This document shows positions 1 to 7,107 of a DNA stretch of 31,390 nt, in pieces. Origin of the DNA: an uncultured cyanobacterium. GTDB lineage: Bacteria > Cyanobacteriota > Cyanobacteriia > Leptolyngbyales > Leptolyngbyaceae. The stretch covers positions 1 through 31,390 of the forward strand of contig CAVYAN010000069.1 in the NCBI GenBank assembly GCA_963766075.1, in the 5' to 3' direction. Positions within the stretch are counted from its first letter, which is position 1, and each line of letters starts with the position of its first letter. Position numbers and translations under genes: made by a program. Under the pieces are notes generated by a model. That model was not told the DNA's origin and ran no database searches. It saw nothing but the letters and a program-made list of their open reading frames with translations.

Positions 1-1
1 T

Positions 2-358
2 ACCGATCCACGGGTTCACCGCATGGCCTGGGATAACGTCAATGACGAATTGCTGCTGGCCTCATCTGTGCGCTCGACGATCCTGCGCTACAGTGCGCAA
101 ACCCTGGAATTCAAAGGCAGCATTCCCACGGTGTTTGGTGTCCGATCGGTGGCAGTTGACGCGCAGCGCCACCTGCTGCTGACGGGAGGACTGGCGACCA
201 ATAGGATGGAGGTCTTTGACCTGCTGACCCACCAAAAAATGGCTGACTACTATTTGGGTCCCTGGCTGCGGGAAATTTGTATTGACGCCAATGCCGGTGT
301 CGCCTATGTTTCTGCCAATGGGGCTTTGTATCAGGTGAACTATCTGGCCAAACTCTAG
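2..358 (+). CDS. Partial (C-terminal) YncE/YVTN-like beta-propeller protein
   Basis: Frame is open from position 2 (TDPRVHRMAWD...). Repeated propeller-blade-like segments (RSVAVDAQRHLLLTG, REICIDANAGVAYVS). Stop TAG at 356-358. Confidence 0.5.
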   Translation, partial: TDPRVHRMAWDNVNDELLLASSVRSTILRYSAQTLEFKGSIPTVFGVRSVAVDAQRHLLLTGGLATNRMEVFDLLTHQKMADYYLGPWLREICIDANAGVAYVSANGALYQVNYLAKL

Positions 359-481
359 AATTTTAGAGCGATCGCCCCGGCGGGTATTCCCGAAGGGATT
401 TTAGACTTTGGATTTTAGAGGTTTAATCTTTAATTGTAACTACTCAGCGATCGCGATCGCCTCTCTAGGGGGCCGAATTTG

Positions 482-559
482 ACCCGCCCCGCCCTGCGGA
501 CACCCCTCCCAGGAGGGGAATGCTCGAAAATCCCCTCCTGGGAGGGGTTCGGGGTGGGT
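482..559. repeat. Nested palindromic small dispersed repeat (REP/SDR-like)
   Basis: Perfect 18-bp inverted repeat acccctcccaggagggga (502-519) / tcccctcctgggaggggt (531-548). Each arm is itself a mini-hairpin. Outer arms acccgcccc (482-490) / ggggtgggt (551-559). Confidence 0.7.
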
Positions 560-647
560 GCAACGGATGGCACAAGCTGAGTAATAATTTTTAATTTCTA
601 ATTTTCAGAACTCCAGACTGTGCCCTCTTTGCTCTGTTGGTGCTGCT

Positions 648-2456
648 ATGTTGCCTAAACTTCGCTTTTCCAGAACCGTTGCCCGCTGTGTGCTGGGGGT
701 GATTTTGGCGATCGCCCTTCTCCTGCGCCTTCTGAGCTTGCGGGGCGAATCGTTCTGGCTGGATGAAGCCTACTCGTTTTATCAAGCCCGCAACCCGTTT
801 CTCTTCGGCGTGGATAACCCGTTTCATTTGGTTAAATTTACCTCGCGGCTGGCTTTTATTCGGCATATCCTGGCGGATGACATTCACCCGCCGTTTTACT
901 ATGGCCAGTTGGCGCTGTGGTCCCAGCTAGGGACGAGTGATATCCGGATGCGGGCCAATTCAATTCTGTGGGGCATGTTAACTATTCCAGCGACCTATGG
1001 GTTCGCCAAGCAATTGGTTGCGCCACAGCGGCGGGCCTCAATGTCGGTGTATCGGCCATTGGATTTGTCATTAGATTCGTCATCAGATTCGTCATTGGAG
1101 CCGTTATTAGATCCGTCCTGGAATCGGCGATCGCTGGAGCATGCAGAATCCATAGCCGAGGTGGTGGCATTAATCAGTGCGGCCCTGGTGGCCTTTTCGC
1201 CATTCTTTGTGGAGATGTCGGTGGAGTTGCGCATGTATGGACTAATGACGTTTCTAGCCGTGGTGTCTGTCAGCAGTTTCTACAGGATGGTGCAATCGGC
1301 TCAACCTACTTGGCGAGATGGGTTAATTTATACGATTTCAAATATCTTATTTATTTATAGTCAAGGCATCGGCTTTTTATGGTTCATCATTCAAGCCGCA
1401 CTGTACGCCAGTATTTTTGCACTGCCTGGGTTACGATCTCGCACTGTACCCGTCACGCTGAAGCCTTGGCTTTGGAGTCAAGCGATCGCCCTTTTGACTT
1501 TCTTGCCCTGGGCTTTGTTGGTGATCACAATGAGTGGCCGGATTCGCGGGGCAAATTACCTGCGGGTGCCCACTTGGCTCGATTTAATGAGTGTGCCGGG
1601 ACAGCTTTTATTTAATAATGCGGCGTCCTTTAGCTATCCTTCGCCGCCGTTGCCCACGCCGCTGCCGCTGCTGTGGGGATTATGGGCGGGGACCGTGGGC
1701 TTGGTGGCGATCGCCCTCTACCGTCTGCGCGATCGCCGCTTGGTGTTTGGGGTGCTGGTGTGGCCCTCGGTAGGGGCACTGGCGATTTTTTACGGGGTCA
1801 GTCTGTTGGCGAGACCGATTTTTATCTTGCGGGCGCTGTCATTTACGCTGCCGTTTTTTGCGGTGCTGGTGGCCATTGGCATGGTGACGGTGGTGGAACT
1901 GTTCTGCCACCCCGCGCGTCTGCGCAGGCTGCTGCTGGGTGGGGTGCTGGTGGGCCTTTTGGGGATTAATTTCTACGGCATTCACGATGGCATCGTCACG
2001 GCAAATCGCACGCAGTGGCGGGAGGTGGGCGCTTTTCTATCGCAGCGGGTGGACCCGAACGATGCGGTGGTGGTGCCCTATTCTTCGGCGGGGGAGTTTT
2101 TGTTGTATAACGCGGTGCCCCGGCAGCACTACACCGGGGAGCTGATTGAGCAGTTGCGGTTGTATTGGCGGGAACCGGAGAACTTCGTCAAGGTCTGGGG
2201 ACCGGATTATGATGGGTTTTTGCGATCGCAGCAGCTTGACTATCAAAAGTCTGTGCGCCTGCTGCTGCTGACGGAAAATGTGGAGCAGGTTTTGGCCGTG
2301 TCGGCCCAGCGTCCGCCCAGCGCCCGGGTTTGGCTGGTCACGAGTCCGGGGCGCACGGGGGACGAACTGGCCCGATACCAAGCCCAGTTGGCCAAAACCA
2401 AGGTTCTAAAAACAACGACACAATTCTTTCGGGCGACGGTGATGCAGTATGAGTGA
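648..2456 (+). CDS. GT-C fold membrane glycosyltransferase (family 39 / ArnT-PMT-like)
   Basis: 602 aa, many transmembrane segments. Motifs SFWLDEAYS, DIHPPFYY, ELRMY and a C-terminal WR...RVWLV periplasmic domain. Confidence 0.8.
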   Translation: MLPKLRFSRTVARCVLGVILAIALLLRLLSLRGESFWLDEAYSFYQARNPFLFGVDNPFHLVKFTSRLAFIRHILADDIHPPFYYGQLALWSQLGTSDIRMRANSILWGMLTIPATYGFAKQLVAPQRRASMSVYRPLDLSLDSSSDSSLEPLLDPSWNRRSLEHAESIAEVVALISAALVAFSPFFVEMSVELRMYGLMTFLAVVSVSSFYRMVQSAQPTWRDGLIYTISNILFIYSQGIGFLWFIIQAALYASIFALPGLRSRTVPVTLKPWLWSQAIALLTFLPWALLVITMSGRIRGANYLRVPTWLDLMSVPGQLLFNNAASFSYPSPPLPTPLPLLWGLWAGTVGLVAIALYRLRDRRLVFGVLVWPSVGALAIFYGVSLLARPIFILRALSFTLPFFAVLVAIGMVTVVELFCHPARLRRLLLGGVLVGLLGINFYGIHDGIVTANRTQWREVGAFLSQRVDPNDAVVVPYSSAGEFLLYNAVPRQHYTGELIEQLRLYWREPENFVKVWGPDYDGFLRSQQLDYQKSVRLLLLTENVEQVLAVSAQRPPSARVWLVTSPGRTGDELARYQAQLAKTKVLKTTTQFFRATVMQYE

Positions 2457-2929
2457 GCGGGATCGTCAAACTGGGCTTAGACGAGTTGGGGCGGTGGTAT
2501 TTGGGTTGAGGCATGGAGCGCGGGTTGGCTGTCCGGCGGGTCAAAAAATCACACAGATTTGAATAAAAATGCACTCTATGTGAGTTTGGGGGTATCTGAG
2601 TTTTGGCGGTTTAATGGGCGGGTCTGGCAGCAAGTCACGTGCAGTTCAGGCCGCTATAATCAATTGTAAAAATGCCAAAATGGCAACCTAAAGAATGTAG
2701 GGTCCATGGTGCCTACTATGCTATTTGGGGGCCGATTTTAAGCAAAAAACCCTCTGGGCAAGGGTTTTGCTTAAAAAATGGCTTGTATTAGCCATTAATC
2801 CTGAAATCCGCACTGAGCAGGGATTTTAACGATCACCGCTTACAAGCGGAGCTTTTGATAGTTGGGATGGGATTTAATTAAGGTCGGATCCAAGTCTAAT
2901 TCCCTGTGCCGGTTTTTCCATCTGCCCCC

Positions 2930-2958
2930 TTGCGTGGCTCTGCGCCTTCTGGTACGCT
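2930..2958 (+). promoter_or_regulatory. Putative sigma70-type promoter of the small-ORF module
   Basis: TTGCGT (2930-2935), 17-nt spacer, TACGCT (2953-2958), with extended -10 TG at 2950-2951. The predicted start (~2965) lies just before the first hairpin. Confidence 0.5.
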
Positions 2959-2964
2959 CGGATG

Positions 2965-3180
2965 CTAAGGCACGGGTCGATTCAGGCCCGGTGCCCTTCC
3001 CAAAAACTAAAGCGCGATCGCAGAGTGTTTGCGGCACTTTGCGATCGCTAACCCCCACGCTGTGTACACCAGCACGGAGGCTTGTTTCATTTTACAAGCC
3101 GCCCTGTTTTGTACTCGCAAACGGGGCGGCTTTAGTTTTTGGGTTTCCTACCCATACCAATAAACCAGGAGACCCAAAAA
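2965..3180 (+). ncRNA. Putative structured cis-regulatory leader / attenuator RNA (family not recognised)
   Basis: Hairpins 2969-2995, 3014-3048 (14 bp), 3079-3100, 3096-3132 (14 bp followed by U tract) and 3136-3180 (14 bp covering AGGAG). Competing perfect 15-bp helix 2999-3013/3129-3143. Confidence 0.55.
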
Positions 3181-3391
3181 TGAACATTCCCATGCCCAGC
3201 GGCCTAATCGCCACTGCCCCGTCCGAAGCGTGCATGTAGCCCTGACCGGTAGCCGCGCCAGTGTTCAGGCGGCGATTCACTTGCTCCACGAGTTGAACTT
3301 TATCGCGGGCAGCGAGTGGAGCAAGCCCATTGCGCTGCAACAAACTAACACGGTCATTTGCGTGGCGACGCGCCAAATTCGGACGGAATAG
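3180..3391 (+). CDS. Small hypothetical protein (~70 aa) with an apparent 1-nt frameshift near 3230, or a 53-aa protein from GTG 3230
   Basis: SD AGGAG 3167-3171 and ATG 3180 give MNIPMPSGLIATAPSEA. The frame from 3230 gives VHVALTGSRASVQAAIHLLHELNFIAGSEWSKPIALQQTNTVICVATRQIRTE*. One extra G (GCG GTG) joins them. The pattern LxGS-x3-V-x3-I-x2-LH...EWS-x-P resembles, from memory, a cyanobacterial hypothetical family. Confidence 0.6.
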
Positions 3392-3403
3392 GCCCTTGAT
3401 TCC

Positions 3404-3439
3404 CAGATCCCTGGGGTTTTGCAAAACCCCAGGGATCTG
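3404..3439. repeat. Perfect 36-bp palindrome (terminator or dispersed repeat)
   Basis: cagatccctggggttttg|caaaaccccagggatctg, starting 13 nt after the small ORF stop. Confidence 0.75.
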
Positions 3440-3525
3440 AAACCCCCCAGGAGTTACGGACTCAGCGGAACCGAGAGAAATCCCTGTGTATAGTTAGGAA
3501 AGATTTTCCTATCGCCGACGAGACC

Positions 3526-5721
3526 ATGAGTGTCCTGCAAATTCTCAGCGATCCCAATGTGCAACAAATCGTCATGCCTCTGGCCCTGGGACTGCTTGGC
3601 ATTCTATCGTCATGGGCGGGGAATCAGTTGCCGCAGTTGCCGAAGGCTAACGGCTGGCGAGTGCTGAAACTGGCGGTGGAAGTGATGTTAGCCGCTGTCG
3701 CTCTCGCCAGTTTGCCCAAGGCCATCACAGCGATCGCGACCAAAAGCGATGACACCCTTCAACTTATCGGTTGGATTTATGTGATTGTTTTGCTGCTGTT
3801 GCTCTGTGCGATCGCGGGGGATGGCTGGCAGTTATGGCACAAGCGATCGCCTGCCCAAACCATTGCCGATGAAAAAGCCACGCGCCGTCGCGATCTGCGG
3901 CAGGCTTTGATGGATGAGGTGCGGCACAAATGGATTCGTGGCGTGCTGGAAAAGGAAAACTCGTTGTATCACCGATCGCGGATTGAGCTGGGGTTGCAAG
4001 CCTGTCCGGATTTGGTGCGGCATTTGGAATCTCGGCAGCAGCAGCACTGGCGATCGCTGCCCGTGGGCACGCGAATTTTTGACGAGTTTGTCAACCTGGG
4101 GGAAGGGGGCACGCTGCTGATTGTGGGGGAGCCGGGGGGCGGCAAAACGACGCTGCTGCTGGAACTGGCGCGGGATTTGTTAGCGGCGACGGCGGCGACG
4201 GATCCGGAGCAACCCGTGCCCGTGGTGCTGAACCTGTCCTCCTGGGACAAGGTGCAGAAAGATCGCCAACCGATCTCCACTTTGCAGGATTGGCTGATTG
4301 CAGAGCTCTATGGCAAGTACAGCGTGCGGCGGGAAGTGGGTGCGGCGTTGCTGCAAGAGGAAAAGCTGGTGCTGCTGCTGGATGGTCTGGATGAGGTCCT
4401 CGCGGAGCGGCGAGAGGACTGTGTGGCGGCCATTAACCAGTTCCAGCGGAATCATGGGGCCATCGAAATCGTCGTCTGTTGCCGGATTGCGGACTACGAA
4501 GCGCTGACCACGGGGCTAGACCAGTTTCGGTCGGCGATTTATATTCGGCCCTTGGATTTGGCGCGGGTGGAGGACTATTTGCAGCAGGCGGGACCAGCGT
4601 TGGCGGGCTTTCGGCAAACGCTGCGCCGGGATGCCGACTTGCAAAAGCTGGTGGGCCAACCGCTGTTTTTGGCCATTGCCACCCTGGCCTACAAGGATCA
4701 CGCCGCCGCTGAGTTGGTGAATTTGTCGGAGGCGGCGCGGATGCAGATCTTGTTTGATCGCTACATCCAGCAGATGTTTGTCCAGCGCCCGCTGCCGCCG
4801 AGGGAACAACTCCAGATGCGGCGCTGGCTCTGCCAGGTGGCCCAGCAAATGGGCAGCGAAAAAGAATTCCTGATCGAACGGATGCAGCCCAGGGATTGGT
4901 TGCGGCGATCGGGCCATCAATGGCAATATCGGCTGATTTTGGGTCTGATTTTCGGTCTGATTCTGGGTCTGATGTGGGGGCTGATTTTTGGTCTGATGTG
5001 GGGTCTGATGTGGGGTCTGATGTGGGGTCTGGACTCGATTGATTTGGTCGAAGCGCTTCAAATTTCGATGCAGATCGGGGCGAGACGAAAAATTTTTAGG
5101 CAGATAAAACAAAATTTGATTTTGGGTCTGATGTGGGGGCTGATTTTGGGTCTGATGTGGGGCCTAATTTGGGGTTTGATTAGGGGTCTAATTTGGTTTC
5201 TGATTAGGGGTCTAATTTGGTTTCTGATTAGGAGTCTGATTAGGAGTCTGATTTTCGGTCTGATTTTTGGTCTGATTTTTGGTCTGATTTTCGGTTTGAT
5301 TAGGGGGCTGATAGGGGGTCTGAAGGCGGATATTCAGACTCGGACTGCGCCCAATCAGGGAATCTTGAATTCCCGCAATAACACGCTGCTGCTGAGCGGA
5401 GTGGCGCTGGGTTTAACCCCACTTTTATACCCAGCTCTGGCCTATGGGCTACCCTGGGTTGTCGATCAAGCGATGGTCGATTTTGTCATTCCTGCCACTC
5501 TTCCTGCACCCTTCCTGTTTGCCTTCTTGTTGGGCGGCGGCCAAGCCTGCATCCAGCACTTCGCCCTGCGCTTAGTCCTTTACGGCAACCACCTCATCCC
5601 CTGGAACTTTGTTCGCTTTTTCCAGCAGGCCGAAGACCGCCTGTTCATCCAGCGCACCGGCGGCAGCTACATTTTCATCCACCGCACCCTCCAAGAACAC
5701 TTCGCCACCCGGCGCGATTAG
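3526..5721 (+). CDS. NACHT-domain (STAND) NTPase with N-terminal TM helices and C-terminal GLIx-repeat membrane region
   Basis: Walker A GEPGGGKT, Walker B LLLDGLDEV, PVVLNLSSW, and the C-terminal IQHFALR...LFIQRTGGSYIFIHRTLQEHFA typical of cyanobacterial NACHT proteins. Confidence 0.9.
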   Translation: MSVLQILSDPNVQQIVMPLALGLLGILSSWAGNQLPQLPKANGWRVLKLAVEVMLAAVALASLPKAITAIATKSDDTLQLIGWIYVIVLLLLLCAIAGDGWQLWHKRSPAQTIADEKATRRRDLRQALMDEVRHKWIRGVLEKENSLYHRSRIELGLQACPDLVRHLESRQQQHWRSLPVGTRIFDEFVNLGEGGTLLIVGEPGGGKTTLLLELARDLLAATAATDPEQPVPVVLNLSSWDKVQKDRQPISTLQDWLIAELYGKYSVRREVGAALLQEEKLVLLLDGLDEVLAERREDCVAAINQFQRNHGAIEIVVCCRIADYEALTTGLDQFRSAIYIRPLDLARVEDYLQQAGPALAGFRQTLRRDADLQKLVGQPLFLAIATLAYKDHAAAELVNLSEAARMQILFDRYIQQMFVQRPLPPREQLQMRRWLCQVAQQMGSEKEFLIERMQPRDWLRRSGHQWQYRLILGLIFGLILGLMWGLIFGLMWGLMWGLMWGLDSIDLVEALQISMQIGARRKIFRQIKQNLILGLMWGLILGLMWGLIWGLIRGLIWFLIRGLIWFLIRSLIRSLIFGLIFGLIFGLIFGLIRGLIGGLKADIQTRTAPNQGILNSRNNTLLLSGVALGLTPLLYPALAYGLPWVVDQAMVDFVIPATLPAPFLFAFLLGGGQACIQHFALRLVLYGNHLIPWNFVRFFQQAEDRLFIQRTGGSYIFIHRTLQEHFATRRD
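4933..5322 (+). repeat. Two in-frame 12-nt tandem repeat tracts (GLIF/GLMW/GLIR) in the NACHT gene
   Basis: Units such as ggtctgattttc and ggtctgatgtgg at ~4933-5031 and ~5116-5322. Confidence 0.9.
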
Positions 5722-5837
5722 GCGGGTGCCCAACCCCATCACCCTCAGCGCCTACGGCTTCCGCCCCACCGACGACATTCTCAAAAAACGCCTGCCCCCC
5801 ACCCTGTCCCAAACCCAGGGCAGCAACCGCGCATCTC

Positions 5838-6827
5838 CTAGTCCAGGCGCTTCGTCAACTCGCTTAGCTGCTCCATCTGATTGGGCGCTAAACTCCATCC
5901 CAGCGCCCCCGCATTCTGCCGCGCCTGTTCCGCATTTTTGGCCCCCGGAATCGGCATCACATTCCCCTGCATAATCAGCCAATTCAGCGCCACCTGCGCC
6001 ATGGTCTTATCGTGCAGATCCGCAATTTTTTCCAAGGCATTCAGCACGGGTCTTAGCTTGTCTAAATTCTGGGGACTAAACCGTGGATCAATCTGCCGCG
6101 CCCCCTGGGCCTTAATCGAACCATCGCTCCGATATTTCCCCGTCAGCAACCCCTGCGCCAGCGGACTGTACGCCAAAATCGTCACCCCCAAATCCCGCGC
6201 CACCTGCAACACGCCATTGCGCTCAATTTGCCGGGTCAGCAGCGAATAACGCACCTGATTCACCGCCAAAGGAATGCCCCGCGCCGCCAACAGGGCATGC
6301 GCCCGCTGGGTTTGCTCTGCGGAATAATTGCTCACCCCGATCGCCCCAATCCGGCCCTTTTCCACCTCATCGGCCAAGGCATTCATCAACGTCGGCTGAC
6401 CCATCAAAAAATCCAACGGCCAATGGACCTGATAGAGCGGCACCGAAGCCACCTGGAGCCGCGCCAAACTAGCCGTCAGCGCTTCGGAAACCGATCGCGC
6501 CTGCCAGCGCCACGGCAAGGGAAAATATTTGGTCGCAATCTGCACAGGCTGCGACGTTTCCTGCATAAATCGGCCCAACAGCCGCTCCGACTCGCCCCAG
6601 CCATAAATTTCCGCCGTATCAAAAAAGGTAATGCCCGCCGCCACCGCCGCGTGGAAGGCCGCCTTCACCTGCTCTCCCCCATAGTCCTTGCCATAGCTCC
6701 AGAACAAGTTGTCCCCCCAAGCCCAGGTGCCAATTCCCAGGGCGGGAATCGTCGGTCCTTGGTGGCCCAGTTGAATCGTCTGCATGGGGATCGGCATGGG
6801 AGTCGGCATGGGAGTTGGCATGGACAT
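5838..6827 (-). CDS. Aldo/keto reductase
   Basis: LGIGTWAWG, FFDTAEIYG, IATK, YQVHWP, IGVSNY, NQVRYSLL, AYSPLAQGLLTGKY, PIPGAK. Start is Met 6827 or Met 6785 (MQTIQLG), not 7013. Confidence 0.92.
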   Translation of the reverse strand: MSMPTPMPTPMPIPMQTIQLGHQGPTIPALGIGTWAWGDNLFWSYGKDYGGEQVKAAFHAAVAAGITFFDTAEIYGWGESERLLGRFMQETSQPVQIATKYFPLPWRWQARSVSEALTASLARLQVASVPLYQVHWPLDFLMGQPTLMNALADEVEKGRIGAIGVSNYSAEQTQRAHALLAARGIPLAVNQVRYSLLTRQIERNGVLQVARDLGVTILAYSPLAQGLLTGKYRSDGSIKAQGARQIDPRFSPQNLDKLRPVLNALEKIADLHDKTMAQVALNWLIMQGNVMPIPGAKNAEQARQNAGALGWSLAPNQMEQLSELTKRLD

Positions 6828-7107
6828 ATCCTGAATCTTGGGTGATGCGTGCAGTGGCCGGGGGCCGCACGCCGGGGGCCGCAGGAGGCTGCGTTTTCTG
6901 ATGCATTTTCTGAGTATATCGCTCCTAAAGTGATGCGGAGGCGCGTTTCGAGTGCCATTCTGATTCGGATGCGGCCCGAATTTCTGATACCCGCCTGATT
7001 TCCCGTGCCCCATTGAAAACGTTTGCCCCTATTCTGGAGAATAACGTTTGGAGAATACCGTTCATCCCTCGTGTCGTCTGCCCTTTAGAAAAGCCGGATC
7101 CCCCGTT

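Noticed and set aside
3089..3120. Antisense promoter (minus-strand TAAAAT with TTGCGA) for a type I antitoxin
   Set aside because: The spacer is 20 nt and there is no extended -10, so support from sequence alone is too weak.
2862..3239. 125-aa ORF, plus antisense ORFs 2840-3058 and 3092-3424, as real genes
   Set aside because: They run through the promoter and hairpin leader and lack protein-like features. The SD sits at 3167 in front of ATG 3180.
4516..5112. Antisense ORF with QTPH/QNQT repeats
   Set aside because: Shadow of the NACHT repeat tract on the opposite strand.
4933..5322. Repeat tracts as a CRISPR array
   Set aside because: 12-nt in-frame coding units with no unique spacers and no cas genes.
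6828..7107. N-terminal extensions of the AKR (to 7013) and BCD (from 7048)
   Set aside because: Non-homologous-looking sequence occupying the divergent promoter region. Downstream ATGs fit better.
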